From: Welwitschia mirabilis
Lineage: Eukaryota
Reading direction: 5' to 3'
NCBI GenBank assembly: GCA_051453625.1
Contig: JBOZIK010000001.1
Location: forward strand, 38,284,889-38,324,978
DNA length: 40,090 bases
Shown here: one piece after another, positions 1 to 10,965 of the stretch
How positions within the stretch are numbered: the first letter of the stretch is position 1
Layout of the letters: each line of letters starts with the position of its first letter
The notes under the pieces: model-generated
What the model was told of the DNA's origin: nothing
Database searches by the model: none
What the model saw: only the letters and a program-made list of their open reading frames with translations
Translations under genes and position numbers: made by a program

Positions 1-480
1 CCTTGGTGTTGGGCAGTGTTTCCTCCATTGAGAAATGACTACTTTGTAATACAAATGTTGCATGCACTTTAATATAAATTATCTTCTTTTGTATTCAATA
101 TATGTAGGAATTTCTCTCTCATAGTTTATGTTATTTAAGATTTGATAACAAGATTTTTTTTATTATATAGATTATGAGGGTAGCCTTTGTCAAGGTTGAG
201 CTTAGTTAGTTTAAGTGCATCGTTATTTCTTTTCCTAGATTAGTTTTGCATAAATATGTTTTATTGTTTCATTTCCATGCATTGTAATTTATTTTAGTAA
301 GATAAGGTTACATAATTTTCTCTTGAAAGAAACTCTTTTACTTCTATACTTTGGCCTTTGATGGAATTATGACATTCATATAACTCCCATCTATACTAGT
401 GTGTTGTGTTTGTGCATATTATTTGTGACTAACAAGATATAGCTTAAGACATAAATGTTGCATAAATACACACTACAACA
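1..480 (+). repeat. 3' part of an Athila-like Ty3/gypsy LTR (element A, start lies outside the window)
   Basis: Ends GCATAAATACACACTACAACA at 480, like the LTR ends at 2080, 10002 and 32347. The upstream motif AACTCCCATCTATACTAGTGTGT is also found in the minus-strand LTR ending at 25104. Confidence 0.8.
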
Positions 481-2080
481 ATTTTGGAGATACAAGAGGA
501 AATCTCATAAAAGTACAATCATTATCCAAATTTGATGCATTTAAGGCATTTCTAATGAATAGAGCTTTTCATGATAAAATGGCTAAGTTTCTCCNNNNNN
601 NNNNNNNNNNNNNNNNNNNNNNNNNNNNNNNNNNNNNNNNNNNNNNNNNNNNNNNNNNNNNNNNNNNNNNNNNNNNNNNNNNNNNNNNNNNNNNTTTTGG
701 AGATATAAGAGGAAATCTCGCAAAAGTACAATTATTATCCAAATTTGATGCATTTAAGGCATTTTCTAATGAATAGAGCTTTTCATGATAAAATGGCTAA
801 GTTTCTCCTCAAAGAAGACCATCACCCCTCTGTCGTCCATATAACAGATAGGACAACGACTACTTACTTGGCCTGCTAAGTCATCATTTTTGAGATATCT
901 TATAAAAGTCTATTGTTCCCTCCATGTCCTTTAGACGATAACTTAGATAACACTGACATGTAACTATCACTGATAGATTATCTCAGCTGTTTCATTTGTT
1001 TCTGAGCGCTAAATAATCATGCATAANNNNNNNNNNCTTTTACTCTCCTATCCATCTTCGATGCACTAGAGATTCTCATGACAAGAAAGCAAAGGGAGGG
1101 AGATATGTAAGTTGTAGAAAGGTGAGCACTTGGTAGAGGGCTAAGTATTTTCTATTAAGACCCAGCTATTTTTGGACCCAGATGAACATTACTCTTTTAA
1201 TATAAATCTTAGTCTTCTTTACATGTTTGTATTATTTGAATTGTAGTATTTCTTATGTTCCTTATAGTCTAATGTTGTCTAAGATCTAGTGACAATTTAT
1301 TGGGTAATATAGATTATCAAGGGCAGCTCTNNNNNNNNNNNNNNNNNNNNNNNNNNNNNNNNNNNNNNNNNNNNNNNNNNNNNNNNNNNNNNNNNNNNNN
1401 NNNNNNNNNNNNNNNNNNNNNNNNNNNNNNCACGCATAACTGCACCTTCTGTTTGTTCATTTCTGTTGTATTTCTTATAAATAAGGCCCCTCTTGTACTC
1501 TCCTATCCATCTTCGATGCACTAGAGATTCTCATGATAAGAAAGCAAAGGGAGGGAGATATGTGAGTTGTAGAAAGATGAGCACTTAGTAGAGGGCTAAG
1601 TATTTTCTATTAAGACCCAGCTATTTTTGGACCGAGATGAACATTACTCTTTTAATATAAATCTTAGTCTTCTTTACATGTTTGTATTATTTGCATTGTA
1701 GGATTTCTTATGTCCCTTATAGTCTAATGTTGTCTAAGATCTAGTGACAATTTCTTGGGTAATATAGATTATCAAGGGCAGCTCTTATTATGGCTGAAGA
1801 GAAAAGTAAGGATAGGACCATTTTGCATTACATGTTAGAGTAGATTGCATATTGCACTTTGCATGGTAGTTTAATTTCTTTCATTGTGATTTATTATTTT
1901 GTATTCCTAAGATTTAATTGCAAAAGAAACCCAAGTGCTTTATGGATAGAATTCAATGAGATACAACATTTATATCACTTCCATTATACTAGCATGTTGT
2001 ATTATGCATAATATCTATATTAATTATTAATGATAAAATCTATTTTAATGTAAGAGCATGCATAAATACACATTACAACA
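481..2080 (+). repeat. 5' LTR of element B (first ~85 bp missing; length inflated by gaps and gap-flank duplicates)
   Basis: Colinear with 8187-10002 (for example 1682-1914 vs 9224-9455, roughly 88% by eye). Ends in CAACA just before the PBS. Confidence 0.85.
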
Positions 2081-2083
2081 AAT

Positions 2084-2101
2084 TAGTGCTATTACTGGGG
2101 A
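2084..2101 (+). promoter_or_regulatory. Degenerate primer-binding site, tRNA-Asp type (Athila)
   Basis: TAGTGCTATTACTGGGGA vs canonical TGGCGCCGTTGCCGGGGA. All 6 mismatches are C>T or G>A. It lies 3 nt after the LTR end. Confidence 0.8.
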
Positions 2102-2554
2102 AGGCTATTGAGGAGTATAAAGGTTGTTGTCATTTAGATAAGTATTCCAGTTATTTATCTATTCAACGTTGTATTTTTATTAGATCTATAGGTTTTCTTT
2201 ATGCTGTGTTTTAACTTTAGATTTAGGTTCTCTATTAAAAAGTATTGTTATCCCCTCTATCGTTCCCACTATAGTTAGGACAACAGTGTGTATTTTTGGT
2301 TTTTGATTTTTTTTGGATTGTGATTTTTTCTATAATAAATTAGTCTCTGTCATCTCCTGTGATGTCCAGACAATAAGGCGAATGATAGGTGTTTTCCTTG
2401 TATTTTTCTGCTTTTTATTTTCATCTTTATTCTGTTTCTATTTTTCTATTCTCTGTGTACGTCGTTTCTTTTGTCATTTACATGACAGATAGGATGATAG
2501 TCTATTATTTTCTAATCTATTTTTTATTGTTTTCTATTTGTAGAATGCTATGAT

Positions 2555-5218
2555 ATGGTTAATTTGGAGAAGAAATATCTCAGAGAAAAGAAGATAATAG
2601 AATAAAACCTCAAAGAAGGACTAGTGAACATAGAAAAAGAGTTGAAAAAACAATTTATAGATACACTCAATCCTTTTTTAGAGTTTATTTTTTCTGAATT
2701 TGATTTCCTTAATGAAAAACCTATAGAAGAAGAGGACCAACCTACAATGTCGAGTGATTCTCGAAAATAAAAACAAGTAGTAGAATCTTCTACCCCTAAT
2801 CCAAACCTTACCCTAAGGGAATTAATAGCCAATAAAAATAGAGACATTCAAACACCATTTGACCTACTCTTAGGGGATGGTGTAGAGCTTAAAAATTTAC
2901 ATGCTTNNNNNNNNNNNNNNNNNNNNNNNNNNNNNNNNNNNNNNNNNNNNNNNNNNNNNNNNNNNNNNNNNNNNNNNNNNNNNNNNNNNNNNNNNNNNNN
3001 NNNNNNATTTTTTATTGTTTTCTATTTGTAGAATGCTATGATATGGTTAATTTGGAGAAGAAATATCTCAGAGAAAAGAAGCTAATAGAATAAAACCTCA
3101 AAGAAGGACTAGTGAACATAGAAAAAGAGTTGAAAAAACAATTTCTAGATACACTTAATCCTTCTTTAGAGTTTATTTTTTTTGAATTTGATTTCCTTAA
3201 TGAAAAACCTATAGAAGAAAAGGACCAACATACAATGTCGAGTGATTCTCAAAAATAAAAACAAGTAGTAGAATCTTCTACCCCTAATCCAAACCTTACC
3301 TTAAGGGAATTATTAGCCAATAAAAATAGAGACATTCGAACACCATTTGACCTACTCTTAGGGGATGGTGTAGATATTAAAAATTTACATGCTTATCTAA
3401 CTTTTAGTGGAGAAGAGGATGAGGATCCCATTTAACATATTAGAGACATGGAATAACTTATCCTCATCTTGAGGAATGGGGAGAAAAGAATAATAGATAG
3501 AACATACATGGTATATTTTCCCATGACTTTAAAAGGTAGGTCAGAACTTTACCTCACAAAAGCCTCAAAATATGGGATCAAGTCTAAGAAACCTTTATAA
3601 AAAGATTCATGAGTGGAGAAACTATAAGAAAAAGAAAAAGGGAGGTAAAAAACTTTTAAAAAAATTCAAATGAAGATTATGCCTCCACATATGAGCATTT
3701 ATTTGTATAATTCCACTCTAATTCAATAGATTATTTTTCAAAAGTAGAATAACTAAACTACTTTTATAGTGGATTGACTCCCCATACAAAATAACTTGTA
3801 GATCTTTCTTGTGGAGGGAACCTATTGAACCTTACTTTAGATGATGCCTAGACAAAATTAGAAGAAATTATGAAGGTTAGTAAAACTTGGTCAATACCTA
3901 AATAAAATCAAATGGTAGGCCAACTTATTAAAGAATTAAAATAAGTGAAGCAAAAAGAGGTAGAAGACAACCCTAAAAATCCTATGAGGAAATTTACAAT
4001 AACCTTAGAGAAATACACAGAAATAATTTTAGATGCTAAATATGCCACTAAAAGAAATGTTGTACAAGCCTATGATTTATGTGAGGACAAATATCATTTC
4101 ACCTAAACTTGCCCTTTTTTACCAACTTATAAGGAAATAATTCATGAGAAATTTTATGCTTTTAATCAACCATCTTAAACCTTCTGAAACCAAAATCAAG
4201 TACATCCAAAGTTGAGCACATATTTGCAAAAAAATCCTCAAACTTTTAGAAACTGACTTGAAAACACATATTACTAAGCATGTTCATCTAACTTTCAACA
4301 TTTAAATAATCAACTTGCAAACTCTATAGATGAAATGAGAAGAATACAAGAGGCAACAAATGCCAAAAATAGATAACTTGGTAAATGTCCTTCAACAAAC
4401 TTTATTAGCAAATCAAAGACCTCAAGGAACTTTACCTATATAACCTTTTCACAATCCAAATGAACTAAGAAGAAACTACAAGGTTGTTATAAGAAGTGGA
4501 CAAGAAATAAATCCTCCTTCATGTAAACTTTCACATCTCAAAACAATGTAGAGGAAGAAGAAGATGACATTAAAATATTAGATGATTACCACTTCCCTTC
4601 TCTTAGCAAGAAGAAAAATAAAAATCCAACTACCCCTTAGCTTGATAGGCTTAATAACAATTCAACTTTCAATGATCANNNNNNNNNNNNNNNNNNNNNN
4701 NNNNNNNNNNNNNNNNNNNNNNNNNNNNNNNNNNNNNNNNNNNNNNNNNNNNNNNNNNNNNNNNNNNNNNNNNNNNNNTGTCCTTCAACAAACTTTATTA
4801 GCAAACCAAAGACCTCAAGAAACTTTACCTATATAACCTTTTCACAACCCAAATGAACTAAGAAGAAACTTCAAGGTTGTGATAAGAAGTGGACAAGAAA
4901 TAAATCCTCCTTCATGTGAACCTTTCACATCCCAAAACAATGCAGAGGAAGAGGAAGATGACATTAAAATATTAGATGATTACCACTTCCCTTATCTTAG
5001 CAAGAAGAAAAATAAAAATCCAAACTTAGCTTGATAGGCTTAACAACAATTCAACTTTCAATGATCATTTAAAAGCCTTGATGAAAAATGTGAGTATAAA
5101 TATTCCTTTTTGGAAAGTTTTATAAGAAAATTTGGAGTACGCCAAACAATGAAAAGACTTAATTAGAATAAAACAAAAACGAGTCATTCCTAGTAAGGTC
5201 TTTCTTGCCCAATTCCTC
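2555..5218 (+). pseudogene. Decayed Ty3/gypsy gag (retrotrans_gag domain) of element B
   Basis: AYLTFSGEEDEDPI*HIRDME (3391-3453), YFPMTLKGR, IWDQV*ETFIKRF, YFYSGLTP and SCGGTLL, with many stops and frameshifts. Two gap-flank duplications lie inside it. Confidence 0.85.
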
Positions 5219-5366
5219 ATGAACTTAGTAGTACAAAAATCACTAAAATTTAAAGATTCAAGAGCAACCACAGTGAATGTTATCATAGAAGAAAACAAAA
5301 AGATAAGAAAAGCTTTAATTAACATTGGAACAAGTGTTAACATTATGACACTTCACATTTGTAGGA
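5219..5366 (+). pseudogene. Aspartic protease N-terminal part, element B (remainder in gap 5367-5688)
   Basis: KSLKFKDSRATTVNVIIEENKKIRKALINIGTSVNIM resembles the Athila-type PPKLKDPG...KALxDLGASVNIMP motif. The catalytic D appears as N. Confidence 0.8.
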
Positions 5367-8047
5367 NNNNNNNNNNNNNNNNNNNNNNNNNNNNNNNNNN
5401 NNNNNNNNNNNNNNNNNNNNNNNNNNNNNNNNNNNNNNNNNNNNNNNNNNNNNNNNNNNNNNNNNNNNNNNNNNNNNNNNNNNNNNNNNNNNNNNNNNNN
5501 NNNNNNNNNNNNNNNNNNNNNNNNNNNNNNNNNNNNNNNNNNNNNNNNNNNNNNNNNNNNNNNNNNNNNNNNNNNNNNNNNNNNNNNNNNNNNNNNNNNN
5601 NNNNNNNNNNNNNNNNNNNNNNNNNNNNNNNNNNNNNNNNNNNNNNNNNNNNNNNNNNNNNNNNNNNNNNNNNNNNNNNNNNNNNNNNGAGAATGTAAAA
5701 CCTACTTTATTTTTACAACATCACCCACTTGAGAAAAGAGAGATGAAAACAAATGAGAATGTCCTTTGTGATGATTAACTTAAGAGTGAAGAAGAGGGAA
5801 AAAAAAACTTTTAAGTATAAGGAAGTCCAACTTACTAAGAAAAATCATAAGGGATATTGTTCATTTTATAAGCTAAAAATTAAAAATCATAAAATAAATT
5901 TGAAAAAGAAAAATATTTTCAATGAACATAAAGCCAATTTTCTTTGTAATGTTCCTCTTGCATTTCATGAAAATATTTCACCCAAGTTATCCTTTCTATC
6001 CCCTTTGACTTCCAAAATTTATGCTTTGATATGGTATCATAAAGTACTCTGTATTACTCCTCTCTTTATCCAATTGATTTTACATGAAAATAATTGCACA
6101 TCTCTTATGTTTTATCAATTATTAATTTTTGGTTTGGACCTTACTTCTCTGAAAAACATGAGACCACAATAGATCCTTGATTTTTTCCTTTCTTTCTTTT
6201 TAGTAAAAGTGTGTTTTTAGCTTTAGGATTTGAATAAAAACTTGCTTGCTTTATTGTTTTCTTTTTAGTTTTTAGTTGTTAGAGTCTTTGTTTTTATTTT
6301 TTATTTTTATTTTCAATTTTTACTTTCTATTTTGGCTAAAATATTTGGTCATCCCCTTTTTCATCCCCATGATAAGGTGGATGATAGTCACCTTTATAGT
6401 TTTTTTAGTATATATTTAATTTTTTTATGTTCTATCTCTTTTTCCTATGTATGTCGTCCTCTCAATCATCTGGATGATGAGCAGGATGATACTCAATAAA
6501 TTTTTAATTTTTGTTTTCTATTATATTTGAGAAAACACATTTTTATGGCTCTATTAAAATCTCTAACTTGACTACTTGAGAATTACAGGAAGTAAATGAA
6601 CCAAAAATTGGAATTTTACAAGTAAATTATATAAATTTTCTTTTATCTTTTTCCTTTAAAAGATTATTATGGTATTACTTGATCATCTTTCAAACTTGAC
6701 TTATGTATTTATTTCTATGACTAGTCTTTTGACTTGAGCATTTTAATGGTAAGATTGGATTTACCTAATTTTAGGACATTCACACATCCATGAACTTCAA
6801 TTTGAAGGAATATGAATTTTCTTAATGCTTTTTTCAATGATGAAATGTTCTTAGATTACTTCAGAGTGTTCTTTTTATCCTAATCTTTTGACTNNNNNNN
6901 NNNNNNNNNNNNNNNNNNNNNNNNNNNNNNNNNNNNNNNNNNNNNNNNNNNNNNNNNNNNNNNNNNNTATCACAAAAACATGGTCACCATGATGTCCTAA
7001 CACTAGTACACTGGGGCAAATAATTTCAAAAGGAGCCTTTGGTAGTGTAATATGGTAGCTGTGTAAACATCACTGGGAGGTCAGTTGGCCATGCTCTATG
7101 GATCCTTACTTATCTGACAATGGTTGCAATCCTCTCATCATGAGAAATAAAGTTGTATTTAAACTTTGATGCTATGAAATCAATTGTGTTCCTGGTGTCA
7201 TCAGAGGCATTGCTTGTTTTCTAGAATCTTAGTCTTTCCACATGATCGTNNNNNNNNNNNNNNNNNNNNNNNNNNNNNNNTGATAACAACATGAGACTTC
7301 ATTTGTTTAAATCATTTTAATCTAGCATCATCATAATCACTACCTTCTTGAATGAAATTTTGTACATTAAGTCATGTGTTTTTCATATCAACTGATGTTA
7401 TGATTACTGTCCTTGGAAATTACTAAGTTAAAGTATTAGAGTGGTGAGCTATCTTTTATTTATGTTATCATATGCCCATTCTTCTTATTTTCTTTTGTAG
7501 GTTTATTAGTTATTTCAATGTTATTTCATATTTTCTTAGCATATTTTTATTTTAGTTTCAATAAAGGGTAATTTCTAGTTTAGATTTGTGTTATTTTTTA
7601 GATATTTGGTATTGTAAGTACTCTTTAGAATCTTTTCTATGGTGAAATAATTTTTCTTTACTTGTCAGAATATTTTATATTGCTATATTTTTCAAAACTG
7701 ACATTACTCAGCTTTTTCACTTTGTTTTAAAAGTTGTCCTTATTTCCATTTACCTGCCTTCCTGCTTTCATTTATCTTCTTTTTTTTATTTGCCAATACA
7801 GATGTATTACCTATTCTTTTAGGGGAAAGGAGGCAGAGACCCATTTACATGGCTCATTTTCAAAATTTTTAAAGCTTTCATGACATAAAATTTTTAAATT
7901 TTTTTATACATATTATGCATTACTTGTTATTTATCTATATGATGTATTTTTATGAGCTTGTTTTCATGATTTTTAAATAATCTTTTGAAAAATAAATTGG
8001 CTCACAATTATGGTTTTTTTTACCTTTTTATTATCAGGGACTAATAA

Positions 8048-8065
8048 AGGCTAAGTGGAGGGCTA
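8048..8065 (+). promoter_or_regulatory. Polypurine-tract region of element B
   Basis: AGGCTAAGTGGAGGGCTA directly precedes LTR start TGTTG. The same motif precedes the LTR of element E (reverse complement at 26339-26355). Confidence 0.7.
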
Positions 8066-10002
8066 TGTTGCACTACCAAATTATGGTTATTTGATGNNNN
8101 NNNNNNNNNNNNNNNNNNNNNNNNNNNNNNNNNNNNNNNNNNNNNNNNNNNNNNNNNNNNNNNNNNNNNNNNNNNNNNNNNNNNNNTAGTTATTATCCAA
8201 ATTTGATGCATTTAAGGCACTTTCCAATGAACAGAGCTTTTCATGAAAAAATGGCTAAGTTTCTCCTCAAAGAAGACCACCGTCTCCTCCATCATCCACA
8301 AAATAAATAGGATGATGATTACTTACATGAACTATTGAGTTAAAGTCTATTATCCCTCATGTCATCTGGATGACAGGCTAGATGACACTGACATGTAATT
8401 GTCACAGACAGATTCTCTCAGCCGATTCTTCCATTTATAAGCGCTAAATGAGCATGCGTAATCATGCCTTCTGTCTATCTATTTCTATTGTATTTCATAT
8501 AAATAAGGCACTCCTTTTACTCTCCTATCTATATTCAATGCATCAAAGATTCTCATGACAGGAGAGCAAATGGCAGGAGATCCATCTTTGTGAGTTGCAA
8601 AAAGATGAGCACTTGGTAAAGGATTGAGTATCTTCTATTAAGACCCAACTATTTTGTAACCCAGATGACCATTATTCTTTTAATATAAATCTTGGTTCTT
8701 TTTACNNNNNNNNNNNNNNNNNNNNNNNNNNNNNNNNNNNNNNNNNNNNNNNNNNNNNNNNNNNNNNNNNNNNNNNNNNNNNNNNNNNNNNNNNNNNNNN
8801 NNNNNATCATCCACAAATAAATAGGATGATGACTACTTACATGAACTATTAAGTTAAAGTCTATCATCCCTCATGTCATGTGGATGACAGACTAGATGAC
8901 ACTGACATGTAATTATCATAGACAAATTCTCTTAGCCATTTCTTCCATTTATGAGTGCTAAATGAGCATGTGTAATCGCACCTTCAGTCTCTCTATTTCT
9001 ATTGTATTTCCTATAAATAAGGCACTCCTTTTACTCTCCTATTCATCTTCAATGCATGAAAGATTCTCATGATAGGAGAGCAAATGGCAGGAGATCCATC
9101 TCTGTGAGTTGCAAAAAGATGAGCACTTGGTAGAGGATTGAGTATCTTCTATTAAGACCCAACTATTTTGTAACCCAGATGACCATTATTATTTTAATAT
9201 AAATCTTGGNNNNNNNNNNNNNNTTGTATTATTTGCATTATAGGATTTCTTATGTCCCTTATAGTCTAATGTTGCTCAAGATCTAGTGACAATTTCTTAG
9301 GTAATACAAATTATCAAGGGTAGCTTTTGTTAGGGGTGAAGAGAAAAGTAAGATTAGGATCATTTTTCATTACATGTTAGAGTAGATTGCATCTTGCAAT
9401 TTGCATGGTAATTTAATTTCTTGCATTATTATTCATTATTTATGGTTCCTAAAATNNNNNNNNNNNNNNNNNNNNNNNNNNNNNNNNNNNNNNNNNNNNN
9501 NNNNNNNNNNNNNNNNNNNNNNNNNNNNNNNNNNNNNNNNNNNNNNNNNNNNNNNNNNNNNNNNNNNNNNNNNNNNNNNNNNNNNNNNNNNNNNNNNNNN
9601 NNNNNNNNNNNNNNNNNNNNNNNNNNNNNNNNNNNNNNNNNNNNNNNNNNNNNNNNNNNNNNNNNNNNNNNNNNNNNNNNNNNNNNNNNNNNNNNNNNNN
9701 NNNNNNNNNNNNNNNNNNNNNNNNNNNNNNNNNNNNNNNNNNNNNNNNNNNNNNNNNNNNNNNNNNNNNNNNNNNNNNNNNNNNNNNNNNNNNNNNNNNN
9801 NNNNNNNNNNNNNNNNNATTTATGGTTCCTAAAATTTAATTGCGAAAGCAACCTAAGTCCCTTATGGATAGACTTCAACAAGATATAACATTTGGGTCAC
9901 TTCCATTATACTAGCATGTTGTATTATGCATAATATCTATTTTAATTATTAATGATAAAATCTATTTTAATGTAAAAGCATGCATAAATACACACTGTAA
10001 TA
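8066..10002 (+). repeat. 3' LTR of element B
   Basis: Starts TGTTGCAC and ends CACTGTAATA (decayed CACTGCAACA, giving inverted termini). Matches the 5' LTR and includes a ~0.4-kb gap-flank duplicate. Confidence 0.85.
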
Positions 10003-10169
10003 ATAATAAACCTAAAAGCTATTAATTATAAGTCATAAGTTCTATCAAGCTATTAAAAATATTATTTGTACTTTAGGTTATAACCTATGATACTAGCATT
10101 ATGAACCGTATAATGGGGATTATCATTGATTATTAAATGTTGCAAATAAAAGAATAAAACTTTTATGAA

Positions 10170-10965
10170 CAATGGTAAGTAGCAAAATAGTTGAAATTTT
10201 CATATTTCCCATAGAAGTATTTACTTTTACTATTAGAATCCATTTAGGAATTAAAGGTATTTTGTAAACTCTACCCAAAGATCATGTTCTTACCCATGTT
10301 AGAAAATGGTTTAGAAAATTCAGTGTTAGGGTAATGTTTTCACAAATATTCAATATTTTAAAATGGGTCTAATATTATAAAAATTTTAGAGCATGAAAAA
10401 ACGTTCTATGTAGATTTTAAACTTATTTTATGCAAAAACATTAGCAATGTTAATCACGTGTGATGGTGGCATTAGTGTTTTAAGAAGAAATAGTCTGAAA
10501 AAGAAGCTATGTTATTTTCAAGGTTATGTAAAATATTTCACAAAAGGAGTGACAAAAAAGGAAAAAATTAAAAAATGATAGTAAAGTAAAACAAAATGGC
10601 ACTTATAGAAAAACATTATTTATTTCTAAAAATTCGTAATAAGAAAAATGGAAATGTAGTAACAACAAAATCTATCTATTAAAATGAAAAATTACAAAAA
10701 ATTAAAAGGAAAATAAAAATGAAAACAAAAGGAAGTCTTATATAGTTTTGTGATTTTATTTTCTCAATTCTCTTTTTGAGTTGCAACCTATAAATAATTT
10801 GTTAGACCTTAAAGGTTTATTAGATATATAACCATAAAAGATCTAATATAGCAATGATATTCATGTTAAAGTAAAATCTAAATAAAACTTAAAAAAAGAA
10901 CTAATTTTAATATCACTAGAATCAGAGTATTACCAATCACTAGAGAAAAAATAAAATTCTCCAAA
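10170..10965. repeat. Left arm of a long diverged inverted repeat (partner ~13810-14800)
   Basis: Several colinear blocks match the reverse complement of the right arm, for example TCCATTTAGGAATTAAAGGTATTTTGT vs TCCAATTAGGGTTTAGAAGGTATTTTAT, and TTCAAGGTTATGTAAAATATTTCA vs TTCAGGGTTATAAAAAATAGTTCA. Confidence 0.6.

Larger units (their letters stand above)
481..10002 (+). mobile_element. Non-autonomous Athila-like Ty3/gypsy LTR retrotransposon (element B): LTR-PBS-gag-PR-3'UTR-PPT-LTR, decayed
   Basis: Direct-repeat LTRs (481-2080, 8066-10002), tRNA-Asp-type PBS, retrotransposon gag motifs, aspartic protease motif and an Athila-type PPT region. No RT/RH/INT motifs seen. Confidence 0.85.

Noticed and set aside
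2548..2847. 99-aa minus-strand ORF (also 5065-5343, 18970-19254, 33735-33941)
   Set aside because: These are antisense shadows of decayed gag/PR with no independent evidence.
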